Positions 23,601 through 36,280 of a stretch of DNA of 64,000 bases are shown here, one piece after another. The translations under genes and the position numbers were made by a program. The DNA is from Octopus sinensis (lineage: Eukaryota): contig NC_043009.1 of assembly GCF_006345805.1 (NCBI RefSeq), positions 1,426,001-1,490,000 of the forward strand, given 5' to 3'. Numbering within the stretch: position 1 is the first letter of the stretch; every line of letters starts with the position of its first letter. A model generated the notes under the pieces. The model was not told where the DNA came from. It saw nothing but the letters and a program-made list of their open reading frames with translations, and searched no databases.

Positions 23601-25456
23601 ACATGGTTGTTATAGACAGCATCCATTAGAGTTGGAGCCTTCAAACTCTGATAACTGAGCTCAGCTTTACTTGCTAACTAACCAACCAAAGCGCCACCAT
23701 TTCCTTTGTTCTTGTTGACCATCTCTAATTTTGGAAGTTGATTTTCATATTTCATAGTTTCTCTTTAATCCAACCACGACGACAACTAAAACGAACTGCG
23801 ACAGTAATTACAGAAAATAAAATTAAAAGATACAAAAACTAACGAAAATAAACGACAAAGAAAATCTCGCCAAAACACTGTTGCTCTCGTTTCATTATTA
23901 TTATTATTATTATTGTTATTATTATCATTATTATAATCATTATTGTATTTCATGTGTGCAGACGTCATATTTCATTGGGTTGGGTGATAAAATTTCTGTT
24001 CAAGGTCGATCGATAATTTTGTGTGTCCAAAAAAAAAGATCTACTTCAGTGGAAACATTTATGGCCGTTTGCAGGAAACCTCCCAGAATTCCCCTTCACC
24101 ATTCTTTGCTAGTGAATTTAACAATATGGGTTTTATGTTCATCATACTCTTCCTCCTCCTCTTCTTTTTATTCCTATTGTTCATTTCGTTGCTGTTCCTT
24201 TTGTTATCATCATTATTATTATTATCAATTTTATTATTACCATTATTATTATTATTATCATAATTGATTGCCTGTTTCTCTTGCCCAGACCCAGACTGTT
24301 GAGTGTTTGGCATCAGGATTATATATACACATATATATATATATAGTTTGTGTTGTTGCTGCTGGTGGTGGTGTTGCTGTACTTGTTGTTGTTGTTATGG
24401 ATGTGGTTTGTTTGCAGTCTCTTCATATGTTTCTTGTAGTTGTAGTGGTGGTGGTGATGGTGTTTCTTGTTCTTGTTGATGTCATGCTTGTTGTTTAGCA
24501 ACCTGGGGTCACCCTGACTGAACTAACCAATAACTAAAGGCTTTCCAACAATGACCATCCCATCATGTTTTCTAGAGTGGTAGTATTTCTTGTCCTTGTT
24601 GTTGCAATTCTTATATTGCTGTTTAACCCTGGGACTATCCTGAGTGAGCTGACCAATGGTCAAAGACATATCAAAAGGATTCCAACAATGACCAACCTAT
24701 CTTTTTTTTTTCCCACATTATTAAATTCATCCTAATTTTTCTAAAAACAGTAAGGTGTGATTTGAGAGAAATTTGGCTACTATTTCTAGCTGATCGAACA
24801 ACTATGTAGAGGCTCCCTCATACCGCTACTGTAGTAGTTGTTGCATTACACAGTTGTTATTGTTGCTGTTGTCGCTCATGGTGATAGAGATTTTAGTTGC
24901 TGCAGTTGTTTAACCATGCCATCATTGTTTAGCCCTAGGCCACCCTCCATCAGGCTGACCTATGATCAAAGACACTTCTACCTCGACTACTGCAACTCTA
25001 CACCTGATGTATTAAGAACTTACATTATCCCGACATATCTCTCCATTTCTTTTAATTTATTTCAAGATCATAAGGTATGATGCGAGAGAGATTTGGCTCC
25101 TATTTCTAGCAAGCCCATTGACCACTTATAGCCACCCTCATTAAGTTGGTAGTAGTTGTAGTAGGATATTTCTATGCTTGTTGTTGTTGTTCTAATTACA
25201 TTTTTGTTGTTGTAGTAATAGTTGTTTGTTTGTTTGTTTATAATTTTATCTCGTTGTTGTTGTTGTTGTCGTTATTGTAGACGATGTTGATGCTGTTGTG
25301 GTTGTTGCCGTGTTCATTGGTGTGTTTATTGCTGTGATATTGTTGTGGCGTTTGGTTTGGTTCATTTCCCAGTCTACTGAAACACGTGACTTTGAAATGG
25401 TTATATGGGAGAGAAAGATGAAAGGAGGAGGAGGAGGAGAAAAGGAAAGTGAGGTA

Positions 25457-25509
<53 letters not shown>

Positions 25510-25919
25510 AGGGGAGCGAGGAGGAATATAAGGGAATGTGTGTGTGTGTAATGGTATGACATTGTATGCAGATAAAGCTCTTTGGAGGAGAGGGACTGCT
25601 CGTTTGATTTTGAATATGAATTAGTAATTGAGAAAAAAGAAAATATTAGGGTCACAAAAAATAGGCAGAGTTATGGTCATGTGTGTGTATATAAATGTAT
25701 ATGTGTGTGTGTGTATATATATATTTATATATGTAGTCGATGAGAAGTACATTTAAGCCTCGTTCCCGATAAGCAGATTTAGCCGCTCTCTCTCAGTCTG
25801 TCTAAATGTGTGTGTGTGTGTGTGTGTGTGTGTACACAAGAAGAGGAAAAGAGAAGTAAAATCAGAAAAATTGATGACAAAAGAAACAAGAAAAATATTA
25901 GTGGTGAATGTTTGACAAA

Positions 25920-26165
25920 AGATGGAGAGAGAGAGAGAGAGTGCGAGAGAGAGTATGAGCAAGAGAGAGCAAGAGAGAGAGAGTGAGAGAGAGAGAGAGA
26001 AAGAGAGATAGAGCAAGAGAGAGAGAGAGAGCATGAGAGAGCGAGAGAGAGAGAGAGAGAGCAAGAGAGAGAGAGAATGAGAGAGAGCAAGAGAGAGAGA
26101 GAATGAGAGAGAGAGCAAGCGAGAGAGATTGAAAGAGAGAAAGAGAGTAAGAGGGTGAAAGAGAG

Positions 26166-26209
<44 letters not shown>

Positions 26210-26360
26210 CAAGAGAGAGAGAGCATGAGAGAGCGAGAGAGATACAGTGAGAGAGAGAGCAAGAGAGAGAGATTGAAAGAGAGAGAGATTGAAAGAGAGA
26301 AAGAGAGTAAGAGGGAGAAAGAGAGCAAGAGAGAGAGCAGGTGAGAGAGAGAGAGAAAGG
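25920..26360. repeat. interrupted (GA)n array
   Basis: (GA)n with recurrent GCAA, GATT and CAT interruptions. Confidence 0.9.
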
Positions 26361-26869
26361 GTAGAATATGCATAAGTGAAAGTAAGTCGCTATAATTTTG
26401 TTTGGATTTTAATGTGAAAATATCAAAGAGCAACCTATGCAACCACCATAACAGAAGAAACCATTTTTATTGGAACTGTTACCGATATTATTGGCAAAAC
26501 TGTTAGCGTGGTATTTGTTCCAGCTCTTTGTGATCTGGTTTCAAATCCTACTAACAGTAAACTTCAATTTATCAACTCTGAGACGATGTAAAAGAAAGAT
26601 ACCAGTTAAATACTTGGGGTTTGTAGCATTGATCAGAACCCCCACCACATCCAAATTTGTTGCCTTATGTTAGAAACAACTATCTTATAATAACTCTGCT
26701 GGTTCCTCCGTTACGTAGCCTTTCCGTAACACTTCCATGGGATTCGTTGAAGGAGAGAGGAAGTGGTGGTGGTGATGAGTAAATGTGTAATTTTTGTCCT
26801 CCTCCATAACTTAGCCTGTCTGTAATGCTTTCACATGATTACTTGAAGGAAAAGGTGAAGAGGGTAAAG

Positions 26870-27880
26870 CAAAGGGTGTGTATTATGTCTATAAGATTGT
26901 GCATGGAGTATATAAAGTGTGTATATATAAAGTTCATTTAGTAATCATTGTATTCCAATTTCCTTCACTCTTCAATGGTTAGCAGACAATCATTTGGGAC
27001 AGACACAACACAGGTTATGCCTTCAGGTCTTTTGGATAAAGTTTTCAGAAATAACCCAATAAGTTTACCATTAATTCCATTAAATATTCACAAGTCCCGC
27101 TCGTTATTATTAAGCCCTGATTGCATTTTTGCAATGCAAAACCTGCTCCAACTTGTTTGGACGTGAAATCGCTGGGAAGAATACTGACCAAGCATAGGAA
27201 AAGTTCAGTTGGGAGTCGACATCCGTAGCTAACAGCTGCATACTGTCCTTCTCTTTCAGATTGTGAAAGCTTACCATAATGTTTAATCTAAATACAGGGA
27301 AATTCTAAGACTTCATTTTTAAGGGTGAAATCTATAAAGTTGTGCATAAATATATAAAGTGTATATATGTTTGTTGTTTGTTCCTTTTTGAGCCACACCT
27401 CGCTCATAAGGGCCAGTTTCCTGGTTTCCTTGGCGTATAGGTTCCCCACCTGGACGGCACGCTGGTCCGTCGCAGGTGAGCTGCAAGATGCAGGAGGAAA
27501 GAGTGAGAGAAAGTTGTGGCAAAAGAGTCAGCAGAACTTCACCATTACCTTCTGCCGGAGCTGCGTGGAGCTTAGGTGTTTCGCTCATAAACACACACAT
27601 CTCCCAGTCTGAGATTCGAACCCATGATCCCTCAACCGCGAGTCCGCTGCTCTAACCACTAGGTCATGTGCCTCTACAAAGTGTATATATAAAGTGCATT
27701 TAATAATCACCGTATTCCAATTTCCTTCACTTTTCAATGATTAGCAGATGAGCGACTGTCTTTTGGTACAGACACAACACAGGCTATGCCTTCGGGTCTT
27801 TTGGATAAGGTTTCCAGAAATAACTCAATAAGTTTACCATTAACACCGTGAAATATTCATGGGTCCCACTAATTATTAAG
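26870..27880. repeat. local tandem duplication (about 26870-27112 vs 27322-27880), second copy split by SINE C
   Basis: Shared blocks such as TATTCCAATTTCCTTCACT, CAGACACAACACAGG, AATAAGTTTACCATTAA. Confidence 0.85.
27369..27677 (-). mobile_element. full-length SINE C, tail variant 2, with 13-bp TSD
   Basis: TSD AAAGTGTATATAT at 27356-27368 and 27678-27690; A box TGACCTAGTGG, B box GGTTCGAATC. Confidence 0.92.
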
Positions 27881-28253
27881 GTGCAGGAGTGGCTGTGTGG
27901 TAAGTAGCTTGCTTACCAACCACATGGTTCTGGGTTCAGCCCCACAGCATGGCACCTTGGGCAAGTGTCTTCTACTATAGCCTTGGGCCGACCAAAGCTT
28001 TATAAGTGGATTTGGTAGATGGAAACTGAAAGAAGCCTGTCGTATATATGTATGTGTGTGTGTGTTTGTCCCCCAACATTGCTTGACAACTGATGCTGGT
28101 GTGTTTACGTCCCTGTAACTTAGTGGTTCGGCAAAAGAGACTGATAGAATAAGTACTAGGCTTACAAAGAATAAGTCCTGGGGTCGATTTCTTCGACTAA
28201 AGGCAGTGCTCCAGCATGGCCACAGTCAAATGACTGAAAAAAGTAAAAGAGTA
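27880..28253 (+). mobile_element. full-length SINE A1
   Basis: tRNA-like head, CORE-like GGCACCTTGGGCAAGTGTCTT, internal TA/TG microsatellite, tail CAGTCAAATGACTG; resembles described octopus SINEs (OK/OR types; exact family not assignable by eye). Confidence 0.9.
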
Positions 28254-29147
28254 AGGCAACAAACTGTGAAATCATGGCCATGGCTGAATGGTTAAGAAGT
28301 TCACTTGCCAACGATGTGGCTTTGGGTTCAGTTCCAATGCAGGACACCTTAGGAAAATATATTCTGTTATATTTCCAAGCTGACCAATTCTTTGTGAATG
28401 AATTTGATGGGTAGGAACTGTGTCATTTATAATCATTTGTGAGTGATTTGTGTGTCCTTGTATCTGTGTTTGTTCTCACAACGACCACTAGACAATAGGT
28501 GTTGCTTTGTTTACTTCCCCATAACTTAGTGGTTTGGCAAAGGAGACCAAAAAAAAATTAGTCTCAGACTGTAAAAAAAATGTAAGTACTGGGGTTGACT
28601 CAATTGACTGAAACCCTTCAGAACAGTGCTCCAGCATGACTGTAGTCCAACGACTGTAACAAGTAACAGAAAGCTCAGTATTTTAGCTTTTGCTCAGAAT
28701 AATTAACTTCCAGAATCCATCAACGTTTCAAGACCTTTCCTGTCATCCAAAACATTTATACTATGCAGATGTTGTTACCATTTCTATTGCAGTCAAGAAT
28801 TAGAGGAAAGGTGCTTCATCCATTTCTCATTTATCTTTGCAAAATTTTGGATTTTTGGCCTCTTGATATTTGGTATCTTTCAGGAATACGGAAATAGCTG
28901 AGCTGTGGTGTCTGCTGTTTCCTTTGTTTGTTTCTATGTTTATTTGCTTGTTTTGGTTCCAAGTACGAACTGTCTGTGTTTTCAGTTTTGAATTATATAT
29001 TTCTATAAATAAAGTTTCCATGTTCAACATTTTAATGTGTTCTATGGATATCCATTATTATTTCAGAAAAATATACAATTTAGAAATCCAAATATATTCA
29101 ACAAAATAAATATCTAAGTTAAAAACAAACTGCACATTAAGCTTTTT

Positions 29148-29182
<35 letters not shown>

Positions 29183-29219
29183 CTGTGTGTACATATATGT
29201 TTGTATATGTACATGGATA

Positions 29220-29295
29220 TATGTGAGTGAATATATATACATATTTATATATATATGTATGTATGTATGTATATATCATCACCGTTAACGTCAGT

Positions 29296-29352
<57 letters not shown>

Positions 29353-29421
29353 GTCTCTCTCATTCTTCCTATTTATCTATATGCACGTGATTGTGTAAAC
29401 ATACATATATGTATGTGTGTG

Positions 29422-29459
<38 letters not shown>

Positions 29460-29462
29460 CTA

Positions 29463-29514
<52 letters not shown>

Positions 29515-29550
29515 ACATATATATATACATATATATATACATATATATAC

Positions 29551-29581
<31 letters not shown>

Positions 29582-29582
29582 C

Positions 29583-29632
<50 letters not shown>

Positions 29633-29640
29633 GTATCTCT
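29220..29640. repeat. long (TA)n/TATAC microsatellite
   Basis: Direct reading. Confidence 0.95.
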
Positions 29641-29739
29641 CTCAATCTCTCTATATATTTATCTGTGTGTGTGTGCATACATATGCATACACACACCTAA
29701 ATCTCTCTATACATTTATCTGAGTGTGTGTGTGTGATGT

Positions 29740-30593
29740 GTGTACAAGCCTTGAGAGTGGATTTGGTAAACAGAAACTGAAAGAAGGCTGTCATGTATAT
29801 CTGTGTGTGTGTGTGTGTCTTTATATCTGCGTTTGCCCCCCCCACACACACACTGCTTGACAACCAGTGCTGGTGTGTTTTATTTCCCCCGTAACTTAGC
29901 AGTTTCATAGAATAAATACAAGGTTTAAAAGAAAGATAAATACCAAGGCCGATTCATTCGACTAAAATCCTTCAAGGTGGTGTGCCCCAGTATGGCCACA
30001 GTCTAATGACTGAAACAAATAACAGAGTAAAAGAGTAATGTACCTGCATCTCTCTCTCTCTCTCTCTATTTATCTCTCTAGGATGTTTAATATTTTAATG
30101 TCTGTTTTTCTGTGTTTGCAGAGGTCAGACAAAAGTTTGTTGGGGAAGACTTTTCTATGGCCAGATGTCCTTCCTGATGACCACCTCCACCAGTTTCCAT
30201 GTGAAGTAATAATCTCCAGTTGTGTGGTAAGTAGCTTGCTTACCAACCACATGGTTCTGGGTTCATTCCCACTGCACAGCACCTTGGGCAAGTGTCTTCT
30301 ACTATAGCCTCAGGCCAACCAAAGCCTTGTGAGCAAATTTGGTAGATGGAAACTGAAAGAAGCCCATCGTATATATGTATATATATATATGTTTGTGTGT
30401 GTGTGTTTATCCCCCCAACATCGCTTGACAACCAATGCTGGTGTGTTTACGTCCATGTAACTTAGTGGTTCGGCAAAAGAGACTGAGAGAATAAGTACTA
30501 GGCTTCCAAAGAATAAGTCCTGGGGTCGATTTGCTCAACTAAAGGTGGTGCCCCAGCATGGCCGCAGTCCAATGACTGAAACGAGTAAAAGAG
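29740..30593 (+). mobile_element. two SINE A1 copies (29740-30030 partial, 30221-30593 near full)
   Basis: Same blocks as the 27880 copy. Confidence 0.85.
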
Positions 30594-31339
30594 GGTCTTG
30601 CAGCCTTACTAACAATAACAATTTTATTTCTTATTTTCAGTTTTTAAATTTTTTTCTTCATTCCTTTTTCTTTCATTCCCTTTTTTTCTCTATCACATGG
30701 CTTCGTAAATGAACAATCTGGTGTTTATTTTAATGGCCTACCAATGTATACAGTTAGTTTCTTTGCCCTAGGTGTCGGGAAGACACTCAGCAAGAAACAA
30801 ACAAAATGATGATGATTATAATAATAACAATAATAATAATAATAATAATAATAATGTGTCAGGATTGACGCATGAAGACGCATGCCAAAACTAACAATAT
30901 AGATTTTTCATAAAATCTATCTTGTCAGTCTTGAAACACTGAAATGTTTCTAATTCGATGGTAAAACATTTTTTTTATGGATTTAGAAATTTTTTTCAAA
31001 GAGAGTCACATGAAGAGATTAATCTTCATTTTTTTGTTTTTTTTATGTTAAGAATCAACAAATTAACTTATTTATTAATTAATCATTATTTCTGACGTTG
31101 GCATGAGGCCATGTTTTGTGGGTTGTGAGAGAAACCACCACCACCACAGTTACTGTTACAAACACCACTACTACTACCACCACCACCACTCCTATTACTG
31201 TTAACCCTACCACCACCACTCCTCCATCATCATCATCATCATAGTCAACTCCACCAATTGATGATCATCATTATCATTTTCATTACCACATGCGTTATTT
31301 TATTATCATTATTATTATTATTATCATCATCATCATATT

Positions 31340-31900
31340 ATTATTATTGAGTGAGAGAGCAGTGCATGCCATCAAAGTGACACTGGGTACAAATAAACGA
31401 AGCCCAGTAAACCCATCATGACTACCCGTCTGATAAGGGTACGTTAGGCACATGCATCACAATCATATGTTCCCAATATGGTGATCTCATATCATGATAA
31501 ACAGTGCAAGATCTTGCAGGTGGGGCTCATTTAGTATTTTCTTCAAGCTCTGTAGCCCATCCCACTCAAAAGGTCCCTGAATAAAGGTTAAGGATGTTGA
31601 ACAAAACTCCCAGGTTTCCAAAGATGGATTATTGAAATCCCAAAGAATTCCTCTCAATACATGGCTATGATGCTCCCCACCACTTCTGCTCATGATCAGA
31701 GATGCACATATCGTCAGCCACTAAGGGACATGCTAAACTGGTTACGGTCAAACAACTGACAAGCAAATCTGTGCTATTGAGCAGAATATTTGCTGTAGCC
31801 CATCTTTTATACCAAGACAAAACAATGTACATGATAACACTTCCAATCAGTTAAGATCAGAAGCCACAAGAGCCACTGCCTGGTACTGCATCAGGATATT
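31340..31900 (-). mobile_element. family H retroposon, copy 2
   Basis: Reverse complement of 13684-14245, ends in (ATT)n at 31300-31348. Confidence 0.75.
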
Positions 31901-31911
31901 TCACCGAGCAG

Positions 31912-32337
31912 ATTGCTTAGCAGTATTCTGCCAGTTGCTATGCTCTGAGTTCAAATTCTGCTGAGGTTGATTTTGCAAATCAGCCTTTTGGGGTTGATAA
32001 ATTAAGTACCAGTGACACACTAGGGTCGATGTAATTGACACCCACCCCATCCAAAATTTCAGGCCGTGTGCCTTCAATAGAAAGAATTACTATTACTACT
32101 ACTAAGGCAGTGAGCTGGCAGAATCATTAGCACAATGGACAAAGTGCTGAGTGGCATTTCATCTTTGTTTTGAGTTCAAATTCTGCGCAGGTCAATTTTG
32201 CCTTTCTTTCATCCTTTCAGGGACAATGAATTAAATAACAGTTGAGCCCTGGGGGTTGATGCAATCAACTTGTCAACCCCTCTAAAATTCCAAGCCTTAT
32301 GCCTATTGTAGAAATTATTATTATTATTATTATTATA
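31912..32337 (+). mobile_element. two head-to-tail SINE B copies
   Basis: Each ends AGAAA(GA)ATTA(T/C)-repeat. Confidence 0.8.
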
Positions 32338-32920
32338 GACATCGTACAGTATATAATACCGTGAGGTTGTTGATTGAAGATATTGTGTCTACCGGGGGTT
32401 TGTACTGTTCCTCAAGTCATAACAAAGACCTCAGACAATACTTTATGCAATATGCATGCAGTTCCAAGTAATGCCATCTTTTGCAATACATCTAGATTGT
32501 AGTTTTCAGATGTATTTTTCAAATTGGATGGTATTGAACCCAATGCTCCGATGACAATACGGATGACCTTTATGCTTGACTCTCTTAGCAATTCTCTCTT
32601 AGCGATCTCACTTGTCAGGTCTCCATATTTATCAACCTTTTCTCTTTCTTTCCTGATGATATGTTGATCTCCTGGCACTGCCACGTCACTTTGTCCCTCC
32701 TAATGCTTACTATGTCCAGCCTTCAGTGTTCTAATACCATGTCTGTCTGGAAGTCAAAATCCCAGAGGATTTTTGCCTTTCCATTTTCGTCCATTACCTT
32801 TTCTGGTGTATGTTGGTACCAAGAATCCGTAACTGCATGTCCATACTTACAGCATAGTAGCCAGTGGAGGTTTGGGGTTACCTTGTTGTGTCTATGCTTG
32901 TACTCTTTCTGCACAAGCAC
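32338..32920 (-). mobile_element. R4/Dong-type RLE LINE 3' fragment (family 2)
   Basis: YKHRHNKV..LHW..KILWDFDFQTD and KVDKYGDL..IVIGALG..LQKMALLGTACIL; 3' UTR then (TAA)n. Confidence 0.85.
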
Positions 32921-32984
32921 TAACTATTACTATTAGCATTAGTATTACTATTAGCATTAGTATTACTATTAGCATTAGTATTCT

Positions 32985-33510
32985 GGCCAAAATGCTGATT
33001 AGCATTTCTCTGTCTTTTCTTTCTGAGTTCAACTTCTGCTAAGGTTAAACTTTGCCTTCCATAGGTACCAGATGAGCAGTGAGCTGGCAGAATCGTTAGC
33101 GTGCTGGGCATAATGCTTAGCAGTGTTTTGTCCATCTCTATGTTCTGAGTGGTTGATAGATTAAGTACCAGTGAAACACTGGGGTCGATGTAATTGACTA
33201 GTCCCCTTCCCCAAAATTTCAGGCCTTGTGCCTTTAGTAGAAAGGATCATTATTATTATTATCATCATTATTATTATTGTCACTATTAAGGCAGCAAGCT
33301 GGCAGAATTGTTAGCAAGCTGAGCGAAATGCTTAGAGGTATTTCATTTGTCTTAACATTCTGAGTTCAAACTCAGCCGAGGCCAACTTTACCTTTCATCC
33401 TTTTGGGTTCGCTAAAATACTAGTTGAATACTGGAGTTGATGTAATTGATTTGCCTTCTCCCCCAAAATTGCTGGTGTTGTGCCAAAATTTGAAATCATC
33501 ATTATTATTA
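32985..33510 (+). mobile_element. train of three SINE B copies/fragments
   Basis: Repeated GAGCTGGCAGAAT heads and ATT-rich tails. Confidence 0.75.
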
Positions 33511-33875
33511 TTAGTAGTAGTAGCAGCAGCAGCAGCAGCAGCAGTTGTAGGGAAGTGGGTTGGCAGGACCGTTCGAGTGGCCAGTAATATTTCTTGGAGT
33601 ATTTGTTCGGGTTCTTTACTTTCCAAAGTTACCTTTCATCTTTCCAGGGTCAGTAACAATGCCCTCCCTCAGTCAAGTGCTGGGATGGGTTGATTGTGTC
33701 TGCTGCCTGCAAAATTCTGGCTTCGTGCCGATGTTAGGTATTTATTTATGATCAAAGTAACATCCTGGACAAATTGAGTTGTGATGTTCATAGTTATACT
33801 ACTTTATATTCTGACGTTAAATATCACAGCCACAAACTTTGGATTTTAGCTTGCCAGGACAAAGAAAATAATAAT

Positions 33876-35274
33876 GGCCTCGATAAATGTGCAAAAGCTA
33901 CCTTTATCAAAGGAAAAATGACAGAAACATAAAAGAATTAGACCCAGCGGAGAGCTACAAGTACCTAGGGGTAATTGAAGGGGACGGAATACGGCATTCA
34001 GTGATGAAGGAAAGGATCAGGAGAGAATGTTATCGCAAGTTAAGCGCAATACTCAAGACAGAGCTGAATGCGAGAAACAGGATCGAAGTGATCAATGCTT
34101 TAGCCATACCAGTCGTGACTTACAGTTTCAATATCGTTAACTGGTCAATTACTGAAATATGTAATCTCGACAGAAAAATACGAAAACTGTTGACAATGCA
34201 TAGAATGCACCACCCTAAGGCAGATACAGAACGACTTTATCTGCCAAGAAAAGAGGGAGGCCGTGGACTTTTACAACTGGCAATAACAATGAAGAATGCA
34301 AAAACTCTGAGGATTGGATGTTAAAACTTGTCTCAAAACATGAAAACAAGAAAGCATCATACTCAGTAACAAAACAGGCAAAGGAATATCTAAGTGAATT
34401 CCGAATACAACAAATTTTGGAATTAGACATACAAGAAACAAGCACAGAAAAAGCTAAGCGCATGAAAACCCGTGCTAAAGCTGCGGCCTTAGATATTCTG
34501 AATGATAAATGGCAAGAAAAACCTCTCTATGGCAAATACCCAAAGAGAGCGAATAATGCAGATATTGACAAAGGCCTGACCCATCAATGTCTAATGGCTT
34601 CTGGCTTAAAATCTGAAACAGAAGGGTTTATCATAGCAGCTCAAGATCAATGCCTACCAACAAGAAACTACCAGGCCAACATATTAAAAAATGGCAGTAG
34701 CCCAACATGTCGTGTATGTCAACAACAAAATGAAACCATTGATCGTGTTGTCTCCAAGTGCAGTGTTCTTGCGCCTACAGAGTGTCTCAACAGGCATGAT
34801 AGAGCTGCACAATATATTCACTGGGTAATTTGCAAAAACATGGATTTGCCCCATGAAAAAAACTGGTGGGAACACAATCCACCTCCAGTGCTTGAAAATG
34901 ATCACATCTCACTCCTCTGGAACTTCACCATTCAAACTGACAGAAAGATAGATGCAAATAGGCCAGACATCATATTGAAAGACTTCAGACAAAGAACATG
35001 CCTCCTCATTGATATGACTGTCCCAATCAATATAAACGTATCTGTCAAGACCTACCAAAAACTGAGCAAATATAAAGATCTTGAAATAGAAATCAGCAAA
35101 ATGTGGAACCTGAAGACTAAAACAATACCTGTTGTCATAGGTGCCCTGGGAATGATAGCAAAAGGGGCTGATTGCTACCTAACTCAGATACCAGGAAACC
35201 CCAAAATGGCAGAAATTCAAAAGATAGTGCTCATGGGAACTGCTCATATCCTACGCAAAATACTCCCTATATAA
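33876..35274 (+). pseudogene. RT thumb plus CCHC plus restriction-like endonuclease ORF, two frameshifts
   Basis: ORF-track pieces 33887-34324 and 34318-35274; knuckle CRVC..ETIDRVVSKC has His replaced by Arg. Confidence 0.9.
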
Positions 35275-35466
35275 TCTCAAGGTTTAAAACAATTTTTTTT
35301 AAAAAATTTATTTATTAGACATTCACTAGTACAACACCAAAAATAACCCCAAATATATGGCACACTAGGCATAACAACAACATGAACTTCCAACCTGTTG
35401 TCTCTTGAGGTCTCTGGGTGAGACTTGGAGCCAACTTATACAAATATAAAGCAAAAGTCAAACATA

Positions 35467-35467
<1 letters not shown>
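33876..35467 (+). mobile_element. 5'-truncated R4/Dong-type non-LTR retrotransposon in an (AAT)n site
   Basis: GLDKCAK, YKYLG (RT domain 7), R.YLPRKEGGRGL, zinc knuckle, RHD, RPDI..LIDMTVP, K..KY; (AAT)3 at 33867-33875 and (AAT)11 at 35468-35500. Confidence 0.93.
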
Positions 35468-35499
<32 letters not shown>

Positions 35500-35501
<2 letters not shown>

Positions 35502-36280
35502 TAAAATGTATACTCTTTTATTCTTTTATTTGTTTCAGTCATTTGACTGTAGCCATGCTGGAGCACTGCTTTTATTCAAACGAATCGACCCCAGGACTTA
35601 TTGTTTGTAAATCTAGGACTTATTCTATCGGTCCCTTGTGCCAAACAGCTAAGTTACGGGGACAAACACACCAACCTTGGTTGTCAAGCAATGGTGGGGG
35701 GACAAACACACAAACATATACACATATATACTACAGGCTTCTTTCAGTTTCCGTCTACCAAATCCACTCACAAGGCTTTGGTTGGCCTGAGGCTATAGTA
35801 GAGGGCACTTGCTCAAGGTGCCACACAGTGGTATTGAACCCAGAATCATGTGTTTGGGAAGCAAACTGAGCCCGGAACATTCTTGGGGAGGGGACTAGTT
35901 GATTACATCAAACCCCATTATTTGACTGGTGCTTAATTTATTGACCCTGAAAGGATGAAAAGCAAAGTTGACCTCAGCAGAATTTGAAATCGGAATGTAA
36001 AGGTGGATGAAATACCTATTTCTTTACTGCCAACAAGGGGCTAAATATAGAGGGGACAAACAAGGACAGACAAACGGATTAAGTCGATTATATCGACCCC
36101 AGCACATAACTGATACTTAATTTATCGACCCCGAAAGGATGAAAGGCAAAGTCGACTTCAGCGGAATTTGAACTCAGAACGTAACGGCAGACGAAATACC
36201 GCTAAGCATTTCGCCCAGCGTTCTAACGCTTCTGCCAGCTCACAAAACAGGCTTCTTACCACTCGGCTACACCTGCACCT
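35500..36280 (-). mobile_element. SINE A1 interrupted in its head by a B/B composite block (35872-36243)
   Basis: A1 body 35500-35868, remaining head CTTCTTACCACTCGGCTACACCTGCACC at 36252-36280. Confidence 0.8.

Noticed and set aside
27600-27677. tRNA gene look-alikes at SINE heads (also 1186, 42490, 48990, 54090)
   Set aside because: A/B boxes are present but there is no complete acceptor stem; they continue into SINE bodies and some have TSDs.
33822-33843. TATCACAGCC.. resembles a miR-2 family 5' end with a partial hairpin
   Set aside because: Only 11 nt match, the loop is about 31 nt and outer pairing is poor; expected by chance.
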